From: a virus
Lineage: Duplodnaviria > Caudoviricetes
IMG/VR virus record: IMGVR_UViG_3300048598_000529
Coordinates: 1-40,957 of that record
DNA length: 40,957 nt
Reading direction: 5' to 3' (one strand)
The notes beneath the pieces were generated by a model. That model was not told the origin of the DNA and ran no database searches. It worked only from the letters and a program-made list of their open reading frames with translations. This document shows positions 7,538 to 16,669 of this stretch, one piece after another; position 1 is the first letter of the stretch; each line of letters opens with the position of its first letter. A program made the translations under genes and the position numbers.

Positions 7538-8074
7538 GTGGCAAAGCGGAAGAAACCTCCGATTGATGTTGCTCGTGCGGTACTGCACGAATCCGGCTAC
7601 AGATGCGCCAACCCAGCTTGCAGGTTCGTGATGGCTCTCGACTCGCACCACATTGTTCCTGTTTCAAAGCGCGGCGGAAACGACGCGGCAAATCTGATTT
7701 CTCTATGCAAGAACTGCCACGACCTTCACCATCGCGGCGTGATTTTGGAATCATCAATCCGCGCGTGGAAGATGCTGCTGCTGGCAATCAACGAGGCGTT
7801 TGACCGGCACACGACCGATTTACTGCTGATGCTGCACAAGTTCAAAGACGAGATGCGTGGATTGCAGCGAGACACCCTTGTTCACTTCGCATCGTTGATT
7901 GCATCGGGGATGGCAGAGACATCGGTGGATTTCAGTTTCACAAGCGGGAAGTTTGAGCCTTCGTACAAAATCAAGCTCACCGGGCGAGGGAAGGCATTTG
8001 TCGAGGCGTGGATCTGCGGCGATCTGGAGCAGGCGTCTGCCGCCTCTTCAGTTCCGCTTTCCCCTTCCGCGTGA
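7538..8074 (+). CDS. HNH endonuclease domain protein with C-terminal winged-helix-like region
   Basis: RCANPAC...HHIVPVSKRGGNDAANLISLCKNCHDLHH; C-terminal LIASGMAE...YKIKLTGRGKAF. Confidence 0.85.
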   Translation: MAKRKKPPIDVARAVLHESGYRCANPACRFVMALDSHHIVPVSKRGGNDAANLISLCKNCHDLHHRGVILESSIRAWKMLLLAINEAFDRHTTDLLLMLHKFKDEMRGLQRDTLVHFASLIASGMAETSVDFSFTSGKFEPSYKIKLTGRGKAFVEAWICGDLEQASAASSVPLSPSA

Positions 8075-8300
8075 GGCGAGGAAAAGCGCCAAACCCGGTT
8101 TCGTCGCTGTATCGAACGATCTTGATGTATCCGAGAGACTTCAGTCTCTCCATCGCGATGGTGTGCAGGATGTTGTAGTCGCCAAGCCAGTCGCGAGATG
8201 CGAGTTCAAGGCACTGCGTGATTACCGATTCGCTGATCGGAGAACGCGAACAGCCGGAACGATGGATGAATGCGAGGCGACTCACGATTACACTGTACAC
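7977..8300 (-). CDS. hypothetical protein, winged-helix-like C-half
   Basis: ERLKSLGYIKI...PRLTRKGKAELK; overlaps the HNH gene 3' end by 98 nt; start uncertain. Confidence 0.4.
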   Translation of the reverse strand: MYSVIVSRLAFIHRSGCSRSPISESVITQCLELASRDWLGDYNILHTIAMERLKSLGYIKIVRYSDETGFGAFPRLTRKGKAELKRRQTPAPDRRRSTPRQMPSLAR

Positions 8301-8330
8301 CCGCGTTGCCGATTCGCGATAGAGAAAACT

Positions 8331-8936
8331 CTAATGAACCGCAAGAGTTTTTTGATCTCTCAGCCACGCCGCCCGCTGCGATCCCCGCAGCACCCTGGGC
8401 GTCGGCAGAAATCGACCCAGTGGCGTGCCGTCTTCCGCCGCGACTTCCCGCCACACGGTCACAGATCCACAGGCATCGCAGTCCATCCAGCGATTGACAA
8501 CGTGCTGCCCGATGAGGGTGACGTATTCCGGGTCCCCGGTGTGGATGCTGCCGATCATCACCTGGGTGCCACAACTGCAATCCATCCGGTCGCTGACTAC
8601 AAACTTCGCGGCGACTTCGACTTGCTCTTGCCGGGGCGGGCGCAGCATACTAAGTGCGTGCTCGCCGCCCTGCCGGCCAAGCTGGTCAGACACGATGTCC
8701 GCGAACGCTGCGACATCCACAGCATCGGACTCGGGATCAATCCCACGCTGGCCCAGCGCGAATATCCACGCATGACGAAGCTCGTGAAAGAGGGTGCGCT
8801 TGCGATCGGTGGCAACAGTCGAAATCAGCACCCGCCTCGCGCCTGGCTCAAAGTACCCGTCGCACAGGATCCCGTCGCGAATCAGGTTATCGATGACAGA
8901 CACAGTGAATTGCTCGCCGCAAAAATCGAATCGCAT
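8331..8936 (-). CDS. HEXXH metallopeptidase-like protein (ImmA/IrrE-like) with C-terminal Cys cluster
   Basis: G.F....RRVLIS...RKRTLFHELRHAW...E; later DCSCG and CDACG; GGAG RBS. Confidence 0.7.
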   Translation of the reverse strand: MRFDFCGEQFTVSVIDNLIRDGILCDGYFEPGARRVLISTVATDRKRTLFHELRHAWIFALGQRGIDPESDAVDVAAFADIVSDQLGRQGGEHALSMLRPPRQEQVEVAAKFVVSDRMDCSCGTQVMIGSIHTGDPEYVTLIGQHVVNRWMDCDACGSVTVWREVAAEDGTPLGRFLPTPRVLRGSQRAAWLRDQKTLAVH

Positions 8937-9062
8937 GTCCGCTCCAAGTGGGAGAAGCGGGTCTCCAATACCCTTTGTAGTCGTCCAATAATGACGGGAG
9001 CAATGTACCTAACGGAAGCATAACAGGCAAGGGTAAAATATTGATGGGAAAGGTGGGATGGT

Positions 9063-9554
9063 ATGAAGTATCGAGCACTAGTAGCGGACTCGAAGACAGG
9101 CAGGGAGTTTGAGACGCTGATTCCCGGAGAGGATGAGGCGGAAGCGAGGAAGCTACTGAAGCAACGAGGGTTGATGGTGTCGAGTATCGAACCGGCAATC
9201 GCTGATGAAAGCGGATTCGTTGGCGTGGCTGGAAGCCATACGGCTGCATTGCCGACGCCGCCAACCCCAAGGAAGATCATCCTCGAAACAGAAGACCGCT
9301 ATCCAGCGATGACGCGGCTCTCGTCGGTGCTGTTGGTAATCGCAGTGCTCGCGTACTTGGGCGGATCGCTGTGCATCCTTGTCGCCTTCATGATTGCTGC
9401 TGACAGGAGTTGGCAGGCGGATCATCCCGCCTTGACTCCATCTTCGTTCGGATTACTCGGCGGACAGACCTTATTCTCTGGACTCATGCTTCACGCCATC
9501 GCGCTTGCACTCATCGCCCTACGAGACATTGCCGAAAACAGCTTCCGCGACTGA
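9063..9554 (+). CDS. moron-like membrane protein with PilC/GspF-N-terminus-like domain and two TM helices
   Basis: MKYRALVADSKTGREFETLIPGEDEAEARKLLKQRGLMVSSIE then two hydrophobic segments; opposite to the tail operon; AT-rich upstream. Confidence 0.75.
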   Translation: MKYRALVADSKTGREFETLIPGEDEAEARKLLKQRGLMVSSIEPAIADESGFVGVAGSHTAALPTPPTPRKIILETEDRYPAMTRLSSVLLVIAVLAYLGGSLCILVAFMIAADRSWQADHPALTPSSFGLLGGQTLFSGLMLHAIALALIALRDIAENSFRD

Positions 9555-10052
9555 CTACGGCGCAGGCTTCTCATTCACCGTCACGGCCACGTAAACGCCA
9601 GTCGGAAGCGTCCCCGACCCCGCAGAAATCGTGATATGCGCGGTGAGCACGTCGCCCGCGACGAACGTCAGCACGGACAGCGATCCCGCCTCCGCGACAT
9701 ATGCAGAGTTGGCGTTGTCGAGTTGGATCGTGCCCGAGAGAATCGTCGTCCCGTTTTTCTTGATGTCGATGGTGACAGTGCTGTCCCCGATCGCCGCCGC
9801 GATGCTTCCAGCCTTCACCGAGATAATGTCGCCGTCGCCGTAAGCGAGATGGAGGACGCGCGTCTCTGCGGTCGCTGCGGTGTTGGGTTGCTGCCACATC
9901 GCGCGGTGCTGGTGGCGCAGCTTGGTCGCTGCAATGTCTGCTGCCGATGCTACCTTTGCATCAGTGACGGAGTTCGCGGAAAGAGTGATGGTGTTGGCCG
10001 CGAGAGTGCCGCCGATGACCACGTCGTTGGGGATGATGGTTTGTGCTGCCAT
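9555..10052 (-). CDS. probable tail/virion protein (beta-rich)
   Basis: AGGAG RBS; Thr/Ala/Gly-rich; SVTDAKV motif; last gene of the structural operon. Confidence 0.7.
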   Translation of the reverse strand: MAAQTIIPNDVVIGGTLAANTITLSANSVTDAKVASAADIAATKLRHQHRAMWQQPNTAATAETRVLHLAYGDGDIISVKAGSIAAAIGDSTVTIDIKKNGTTILSGTIQLDNANSAYVAEAGSLSVLTFVAGDVLTAHITISAGSGTLPTGVYVAVTVNEKPAP

Positions 10053-10057
10053 GTTAG

Positions 10058-10264
10058 TTACTCCTGTTTGGTTGTTGGACCACAGCACCCGCCCTGCTGT
10101 GCTTTGCGTCGTTCCTTTTCCGGTGAAGCGTCGGCGGGAATCTGGCACTCCCGCGTGTAGTGCGGCCCATCGCACCGATTGCATTTCGGCGGCTGTCGCA
10201 AGTTGACTGGCCCCTGCTTACGCGCCTCGCGCATGGCAGCAGTTTGTTCGCGATAGTCTTTCAT
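10058..10264 (-). CDS. small zinc-knuckle-like protein
   Basis: 68 aa; CNRCDGPHYTREC and GGCCG; TGATG coupling to the upstream gene. Confidence 0.6.
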   Translation of the reverse strand: MKDYREQTAAMREARKQGPVNLRQPPKCNRCDGPHYTRECQIPADASPEKERRKAQQGGCCGPTTKQE

Positions 10265-11418
10265 CAGATGACAAGCTGCGCCACGTCGATCGTGGTGGGC
10301 CCAGTGCCCGGCTGCGTGCTTGGCATTGAGGCTCCCGCAAGCTGTGAGCACCCTGGCGATGGCAGCACCTGCGACATTGAAACCCCATAGTCATATCCGT
10401 CAAACGTGTATGTCCCCACCGGGTCGCATGGATCGCTCGGCCCGGCGCCGCCCCAGTAGATTCCACCAACACCATCGCCGAGCAACAGTCGCCACGTTTC
10501 TGTGATCGGCTCCCAGTACAAACGGGGAACGACATTGCAGTTCATTCCGGGCAATCTGATACCCCCGCTGATGTCTTGGCTGCCGCAGTCGCCGCCCGGC
10601 GAGTAATCATCATTCCCCGGTCCCTTGGTCATCACGCCATCCCACACCGGCACGCTGCTTCCAGAACAGTACATCTCTGGACATGAGAAATCGCCGATCG
10701 TCAGTTGCAGACAACAGGGAACCTCGCAGCCTTCAGAGTCGGGGAATGCCCCATACACATGGCAGCAGACATTCGGATCAAGTTCAGCGTACAGGTCGGG
10801 AATCGTTCCGCTGATGATCAGGTCAGAGTTTTCGACAAGCCAGTCGGCGTGATCGCACCATGGCACGGCCACCACGTCATACACTTCCCACCACGCGCCG
10901 CCGTACTGGAAGAATTGCCCGACAACCAGATCAGAATATTCGGTGACCGTCTCAATCCCTTCGGGAATCGGTGTCACCCAGCCAAACAATCCATTGTCGC
11001 TTGAATCGCAGTACCGCCGCGCCGCGAGATAGATCGCGTTGCACCCCGCGGCATCGCAGCCCGGCCCGCCTTCGTATCCCCAGGTCGTCGCGACGATCTG
11101 GTAATCCGATGATGTGAAGATCGTCCATCCATTCCCGGTGACTTCCGCTTCGGTGTACGTCGTTCCACTTCCGTAGGGGTCTGGCGGATCAACTACGAAG
11201 CACCGGGACAGCGAGTTGCTGATGATGACCGCCGCGTCGATGTCTGCGGCAACGACATAATCAGACCAATCATTCTCGCAGCAATCGAGAAGCCGCTTGT
11301 ACGTCGCGGTCTCACTGGTACAGCAACACGGATCTGAGCCGCCGGCGATAACAATCCCGTCGTTCTTGATCCGAACATGCCCGCTGGCCGATCCAACCTG
11401 TATCGCGTTGCCAGCCAT
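10264..11418 (-). CDS. cysteine-rich acidic distal tail / receptor-binding candidate
   Basis: 384 aa, about 21 Cys including CCC and CC; distal tail position. Confidence 0.75.
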   Translation of the reverse strand: MAGNAIQVGSASGHVRIKNDGIVIAGGSDPCCCTSETATYKRLLDCCENDWSDYVVAADIDAAVIISNSLSRCFVVDPPDPYGSGTTYTEAEVTGNGWTIFTSSDYQIVATTWGYEGGPGCDAAGCNAIYLAARRYCDSSDNGLFGWVTPIPEGIETVTEYSDLVVGQFFQYGGAWWEVYDVVAVPWCDHADWLVENSDLIISGTIPDLYAELDPNVCCHVYGAFPDSEGCEVPCCLQLTIGDFSCPEMYCSGSSVPVWDGVMTKGPGNDDYSPGGDCGSQDISGGIRLPGMNCNVVPRLYWEPITETWRLLLGDGVGGIYWGGAGPSDPCDPVGTYTFDGYDYGVSMSQVLPSPGCSQLAGASMPSTQPGTGPTTIDVAQLVI

Positions 11419-12191
11419 TAGCTGCAGTTCGTTTGGGAAATCCGCTCATCCGCCCAAATGAGGGTGACTGTTGATCCACTGATGTACGCCATGCCATAGG
11501 TTCCGGCGGCCATCGTGGCGTTGACTACCCGCTGCCCGTTCCCCGTCATGGCAACCCCTGTCGCGAATGTTGTGGTGTTGGTGATGTCCTTGACGGTGTA
11601 GGTGAATGAGCATTGCGTTGCTGCATCGCCAGCACTGCCGCCGTCTGATGTCAGCCGAACCGGAATCATCCCTTGCGGCGTTACCGGATACTGCACCACC
11701 GCCAGCTTCGTCCCCGTCCCCGATTCCTTGTATAGAATCCTCGCCGGTCCCGCGAAGCTGCTGTCTAGCTGCGTGCTGTCGCTGGATTTCAGTCCCGCGT
11801 GGGTGTGGTTCGCGTTGCCGATGTTGATGCGAGCGGGGAAGATGCCGGAGCAGAAGGCAAATCCCTCGACGCCAGCCTTGATAGGCTCGGCCAGAATAAC
11901 GAACGGGTCCAGTGTTGTGCCAACCGCTGTTCCAACCAGACAGACATATTGCTTAAACTCCGCCGAGTCCGCGGATGGATCAACCGCAGAACCATAAACA
12001 CACATGACGTCAAGTAGGTCCCTGTCGGACCCCGACGAGTTCTTGATCCTCGTAAGGCAAAATGGCAATGCGGGCGCGTCGCCAATAGCAATTTCGCCAA
12101 TTGATCCACGGCGCACCGTGTCTATCAGTGCGTTATAAAAATCAGATGGGAACTCAATTGAGTCCCCACGGCCTACGTGTTTCGGTGTCAC
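11418..12191 (-). CDS. tail-tip protein
   Basis: 257 aa, coupled to neighbours, downstream of the tape measure gene. Confidence 0.7.
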   Translation of the reverse strand: MTPKHVGRGDSIEFPSDFYNALIDTVRRGSIGEIAIGDAPALPFCLTRIKNSSGSDRDLLDVMCVYGSAVDPSADSAEFKQYVCLVGTAVGTTLDPFVILAEPIKAGVEGFAFCSGIFPARINIGNANHTHAGLKSSDSTQLDSSFAGPARILYKESGTGTKLAVVQYPVTPQGMIPVRLTSDGGSAGDAATQCSFTYTVKDITNTTTFATGVAMTGNGQRVVNATMAAGTYGMAYISGSTVTLIWADERISQTNCS

Positions 12192-12997
12192 AGGGGAAGC
12201 TTATTAAGGTCGTCTCGGGTCTTGTAATTGATATGGACTTCTTTGATTCTGGAAATTGTTACGCCGCCAACAGTCTCTGAATCATCGAGCATCCAAACAT
12301 GATCAAACGGGCTCGCCGACCAGACAATTCCGTCTGTGGTTCGCTCGATAAATCGCGACCTCCGAAAATTGAATTGTACTTCTGTGTCCTCGCCAACCTG
12401 AGACCCATCTGCACCGTCAAAGATAACTGTTCCTGCCCCCCAGCCGAGAAACGAACTACGGTTAACGCAGTCATAAAGACCCTCAATGGTGTTCACCAAC
12501 TCATCGGTGAGACCATACTTGAAGAACTTCCGGCGAATCGTGAATCGCATGACCGATGCTCTTAGTGTGTCTCCGACAATCTCGTACCTTCCATTAGACT
12601 GCCGCTTTGCCCTGACAACTCCAGTCGGAATCTTTTGCGTCCAGCCCTCAGCCAGATAAGTAGTGCTTTCTCCTGAATAGATTTGCTCATCTCTCTCTTC
12701 TCCTGCAATCGAAAAAGAGATTTCTCTTCTCGGCTCCTGTCCTCCCCCGCCAGCAGGCAGACCCGTGGACCTTGCTTTGTACTTGACTGTCGCCTTGAAC
12801 CATCCGCCGCCGGGGATTTTCAGATCTGTGATCTCATAGTCCTCCTGAACCTTGTTGTCGTACAGAAGCGGAGCCCCATCCACGAGCGTATTGCGCGCGT
12901 CCAACTCATCCTCGGCCCCGCGAATGAGATACGTCAGCCCAGCCGTCGTCGATGTGATCGGCTCGGAGAATGGGCCTTGATAGATTTCGGCTGGCAT
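12188..12997 (-). CDS. distal tail (Dit-position) protein
   Basis: Immediately after the tape measure gene; VN...FLGW.AGTVIFDGA pattern. Confidence 0.7.
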   Translation of the reverse strand: MPAEIYQGPFSEPITSTTAGLTYLIRGAEDELDARNTLVDGAPLLYDNKVQEDYEITDLKIPGGGWFKATVKYKARSTGLPAGGGGQEPRREISFSIAGEERDEQIYSGESTTYLAEGWTQKIPTGVVRAKRQSNGRYEIVGDTLRASVMRFTIRRKFFKYGLTDELVNTIEGLYDCVNRSSFLGWGAGTVIFDGADGSQVGEDTEVQFNFRRSRFIERTTDGIVWSASPFDHVWMLDDSETVGGVTISRIKEVHINYKTRDDLNKLPL

Positions 12998-13000
12998 GGA

Positions 13001-14347
13001 TTATGTTGCTTTCAATGTTGTGTCGACCGGAAGCTTTCTTGCCACCATCGAATAGAATTCTTTCACGACGGAATGAATGTCATTGAGCGTTCCGTCGCTT
13101 CGTCCGGTGGAGATGCCCGCCAACTGAAACGCGGATCCCGAAAGGCTATTGGATGCGATTTCCTTCGTTGCCTTGATGCGTCCGCTCAGAACCGCCGGGA
13201 TAATCCTTCTCGCCCAGTCCCACGCGGCCTTGCCCGCCGCCCCGGCTCCAGTATCACCGAGCAGATCGGCGCGGTATTTCTTGATTGATCCGTTGTATTG
13301 ATCTTGATTGATTGCGGCGCGCTTCAAGAGAAAGTCGAGTTCTCTCACCCTATCCATAAACTCAGTAATTGGCGTTGTGGTTATCGCCTTGGCGCGGCGA
13401 GAGAGATCGTCGTAAAAGTCCTTCCATGCGTTTGACGATTCTTCCGCTGCCGCATCCGACCGCTGCATTCCCTGCACCCTTGATACGGCGGATATTCTCG
13501 CGGCAGCCTGGTCGTCGATAGCCTTCAGTGATTGTGACAGTGCGTCTCTCTGCCTAGCAATCGTTGCTTCCATATCGTCGACCGCTTTTGCCGCAGCCAT
13601 GAGCCGACTTGGATCCTGCGGCCCCCACTTGGATCCCTCAACAAAGTCCGCCTGCTTCTTTGCAAACTCGTTGTACAGTGCTCCTCGCTTTAGCTTGCTA
13701 TCCGCGATGGCTTTTTCTTGATCCTGAATATCCTTTGTCTTCTTCTGTTCTTTCGCCCACTTCTTGATCTCTTCGATTTGCTTAGAGGTTTCTGCGTCAA
13801 TATCGAAGAGTTTCAGGGGCAGCCCGGACATATTGAGTCGTTCGACCGTTTTTGCCATCCCGGCAGTAAAAGAGGCGGTATCTTCAGCGATCGCCGAGAT
13901 GTGCTCTCGCATTGCCCGCATTTTTTCGAGGATGCTGGCATGTAATGCGTCCTGTTGCTGGACGGTTTCCAGATAGGTTTTGTTTCCGGTAAACCAATCA
14001 TTGATGTTTTCGCCCGCGGTTACGATCGACCCTAATACGGGAATCGATTTTGCCAGCTCGACACCCATTTCTCTGGCGTTGATCTTCCCTTCGTTGAATT
14101 GAGACTGTAGCTCTCTTGCCCGCGTCGTGGCCCGCTCAAGGGTGAATGCGATTGCCCCAATGCCAGCAATCGCACCAGCGCCGCGAATGGCCTTCGCCAC
14201 GTTGCCAAGGGTGGATTCTTCACCCAAGTTTTTTTTCAGCGTCTTGAATACGCTCTCTGACTCTGCAACGTCTTTCTTGAGCTGCGAGTTATCCCCGCGC
14301 ACCTGCACGGCCACGCGCCCGGCGATGATTTCGTTACTTGATGCCAT
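13001..14347 (-). CDS. tail tape measure protein (short, 448 aa)
   Basis: IAGRVAVQVRGDNSQL N-terminus, Ala/Gly hydrophobic stretch, long helical Ala/Lys/Glu region; after the tail chaperones. Confidence 0.8.
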   Translation of the reverse strand: MASSNEIIAGRVAVQVRGDNSQLKKDVAESESVFKTLKKNLGEESTLGNVAKAIRGAGAIAGIGAIAFTLERATTRARELQSQFNEGKINAREMGVELAKSIPVLGSIVTAGENINDWFTGNKTYLETVQQQDALHASILEKMRAMREHISAIAEDTASFTAGMAKTVERLNMSGLPLKLFDIDAETSKQIEEIKKWAKEQKKTKDIQDQEKAIADSKLKRGALYNEFAKKQADFVEGSKWGPQDPSRLMAAAKAVDDMEATIARQRDALSQSLKAIDDQAAARISAVSRVQGMQRSDAAAEESSNAWKDFYDDLSRRAKAITTTPITEFMDRVRELDFLLKRAAINQDQYNGSIKKYRADLLGDTGAGAAGKAAWDWARRIIPAVLSGRIKATKEIASNSLSGSAFQLAGISTGRSDGTLNDIHSVVKEFYSMVARKLPVDTTLKAT

Positions 14348-14349
14348 GG

Positions 14350-15063
14350 TTACACAGAATCTCCAGAGAACCGCCCGCCGCCATCAATGGCCCACGCGGA
14401 TGGATATGTTTCCATCGCCTTCATCAGCGCCGGAGCCATGTAGGGACGCGGTGCGATCTTGGCGTATCGAATGCGCTGCCTGACCTTATCCCTCGGGACG
14501 CGATAGAAATTCAACGCCCGTTTGCCCCTGCGGATCGTCTTGACCGCAACCGATGCTGCCTTCTCTGCTGGAGTTGCCAGCCACACCGGGACGTACCGAT
14601 CCTTGATGTTGTATCCCCACGGGATGCGATCCCATGTTTCCTTGACGACGTTAAACAACTCGCGAACGCCAACCATGCCGCCGCGTTCAAGAATGCTCGG
14701 GACAGCGCCCTTGATGAAGTTGCGGCCCTTGCCCCCGCCCTCGAAGACATAGGATCGCATGTTGTACGGCGTGGGGCCGATGACCACGGTCGTGCTCGCG
14801 GGGTCGTATGCGAAATAGATATTCCGCCTCAACCCGCCTTCGTGTGCGCTGGGCGGTTCTCCGGGACTGGACACCTTCTTCCGCTTCCGCATGGACCGCT
14901 GTGCTATCTTGCGGACCAGCGCGCCGATACGAGTCAGCGCCTTCGCAGTCTTCGCCTCGACCATGTCCAGAATCTTCTGGCGGTCGAAGAAGAATTCGGA
15001 GATTTCCCATCCACCGCCGCGGCGGGATGAGCTTGCTCTGGTTGGAGTGCTAACGAGCGCCAT
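14350..15063 (-). CDS. HK97 gp10-like tail completion/neck protein
   Basis: GALVRKIAQRS...SSPGEPPSAHEGGLRRNI...LERGG...IAPRPYMAPAL. Confidence 0.7.
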   Translation of the reverse strand: MALVSTPTRASSSRRGGGWEISEFFFDRQKILDMVEAKTAKALTRIGALVRKIAQRSMRKRKKVSSPGEPPSAHEGGLRRNIYFAYDPASTTVVIGPTPYNMRSYVFEGGGKGRNFIKGAVPSILERGGMVGVRELFNVVKETWDRIPWGYNIKDRYVPVWLATPAEKAASVAVKTIRRGKRALNFYRVPRDKVRQRIRYAKIAPRPYMAPALMKAMETYPSAWAIDGGGRFSGDSV

Positions 15064-15427
15064 AGCGTATCGCGATTTCCGATCCCTTGATTGTCACCAT
15101 CGTTGCCCGTTCGGACTTCCCGCCGCCTTCAGATTGGTAGGGATTCAGATCCTCGGCGCGAATCGCGGTCCCGCTGCGGAATGGGTTGGAGTTGATGATT
15201 GTCGCCAGCAGCACACTGAATCGGTTCCATTCATCCCGCCCGCGGGCCTCGTCCATCTCGATCAACTCGCCGAGAGTGAAGGGTCCGGGATCGATTCGGA
15301 GCCTTCCGGCGAACTGGTGGATTGCGGTCCAGAGTCCGTCGGGATCGCCAGCGCCGCCGTCGTCATTGCCTTCACCGCTTCGATCTCCGCTTTCACTCCC
15401 GCCCTGATGGCGGGGTCGCGGAAAAAA
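15050..15427 (-). CDS. tail assembly chaperone gpT-like segment, reached by -1 frameshift
   Basis: -1 frame open from slippery T TTT TTC (15421-15427) through LWTAIHQFAGRLRIDPGPFTLGELIEM to the stop at 15050. Confidence 0.75.
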   Translation of the reverse strand, partial: FFPRPRHQGGSESGDRSGEGNDDGGAGDPDGLWTAIHQFAGRLRIDPGPFTLGELIEMDEARGRDEWNRFSVLLATIINSNPFRSGTAIRAEDLNPYQSEGGGKSERATMVTIKGSEIAIRYGAR

Positions 15428-15711
15428 TCGACCAGCCCTCGCTCAACCGCTTCTGATGCGCTGGCGATGGCATCGCCGTGCATCTCGGCAAAGAATCCCT
15501 CTTCGCCGATGGTCCGCTTGTCCGCTTCCGGCTTGATGATCAGATACGCGACTTCGCAGACGAACAGATCATCGAATAGCAGCCGCTTGAGCAACTCGCC
15601 GATCTCTTTCCAGTCGCCAAAGCTGACGCCGAGCCCATCGCGGATTCGGCGCAGCGCATTGCAATCAACCCTGACGAGCCATTCCCGGCCCGCCGCGTCT
15701 TTGAATGTCAT
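15262..15711 (-). CDS. tail assembly chaperone gpG-like
   Basis: MTFKDAAGREW...GLVDFF; lies between major tail and tape measure genes. Confidence 0.8.
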   Translation of the reverse strand: MTFKDAAGREWLVRVDCNALRRIRDGLGVSFGDWKEIGELLKRLLFDDLFVCEVAYLIIKPEADKRTIGEEGFFAEMHGDAIASASEAVERGLVDFFRDPAIRAGVKAEIEAVKAMTTAALAIPTDSGPQSTSSPEGSESIPDPSLSAS

Positions 15712-15738
15712 GGGGGAATCTCTCTGCGAAGGAAGGAT

Positions 15739-16185
15739 TTACGCCGCGGTATGAGCGCGGAAGAAGCTGCCGAAACACGGCTTGACGGTGATGCTCACCT
15801 TCTGCGTGTCCTTGATCGGCTGACTCTTCTCGAACTTCGTCACCTTGCCGTTGAAGATCGTACCCTTCACGCCGGTTGCCCACGTCGCATCCATCAGGCC
15901 CCAGGCCATCGCGGTGCGTGCCCGGTATGCGGTCTCGATGGCTCCGACAACGGTGTCTGCGGCGTCGTAGATGACGGTGAATTCGATGCCGCCCATGATC
16001 GAAGCAGGTTCGATTTCTTCGATTCCATCCGCCCCCTTGGTCTCGACATCCACCTCACGCATGGAGTCATTGATCGTGACATCCTGCGCGGCGGTGACGC
16101 TGGTCCAAGTGGACGGGACGGTGTTCGACGTCAGCAACGTCGCGTGATAGTACAGCTTCCCGGCGAAGCCCATTTTGTTTGCCAT
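15739..16185 (-). CDS. major tail tube protein
   Basis: KMGFAGKLYY...W......DVTI...EVDV; IEFTVIYD; KVTKFEKSQP; AAGGAG RBS. Confidence 0.8.
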   Translation of the reverse strand: MANKMGFAGKLYYHATLLTSNTVPSTWTSVTAAQDVTINDSMREVDVETKGADGIEEIEPASIMGGIEFTVIYDAADTVVGAIETAYRARTAMAWGLMDATWATGVKGTIFNGKVTKFEKSQPIKDTQKVSITVKPCFGSFFRAHTAA

Positions 16186-16197
16186 GACGAAATCTCC

Positions 16198-16668
16198 TTA
16201 CGAGTTGAGTTGCACGGTTACTTGAATCGGTGCGAGATACAGATGGTTGGATACCATCGCAGATGCGTCCATGATTTGACCTTCGCCGCCGATGCCCACT
16301 TCGACGATCGTTCCTACGGCGTTGCCAAGGTCCTGCCGCAACAGCCACTCCATGATTTCCTCAGTGAAGTAGCGAAGCTCATCGATCGCGGTTGTCGCTG
16401 CTTCTGTCGTGGCATCCACCTGCGGGATCGGCTTGGCGATGACCACATGCAGGTTGATCGTGTTCAGGTCGATGGCCTTGGCCGCGATTTGCTTGAGATA
16501 GTCCTTCTGGACCACCACGACGCGCAGCGTTCGCGTCTTCTCGGGGTCGAACAAAGGGAAGTAAATCCGCTCTGCCGTGAATTCCTGCGAGAACGATTCG
16601 GCATCCGATGCGGCCTGCAGTGCCGTCTTCAGTGCCTTGGCGATGGTTGTGTCTAGGGAGTCTGACAT
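16198..16668 (-). CDS. tail terminator-position protein
   Basis: 156 aa immediately upstream of the major tail gene. Confidence 0.65.
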   Translation of the reverse strand: MSDSLDTTIAKALKTALQAASDAESFSQEFTAERIYFPLFDPEKTRTLRVVVVQKDYLKQIAAKAIDLNTINLHVVIAKPIPQVDATTEAATTAIDELRYFTEEIMEWLLRQDLGNAVGTIVEVGIGGEGQIMDASAMVSNHLYLAPIQVTVQLNS

Positions 16669-16669
16669 T

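Noticed and set aside
7899-9023. 374-aa plus-strand ORF and other long antisense ORFs (e.g. 36971-38005, 33984-34913, 15751-16656)
   Set aside because: Shadows of real minus-strand genes in GC-rich DNA; Arg/Pro-rich, with no motifs
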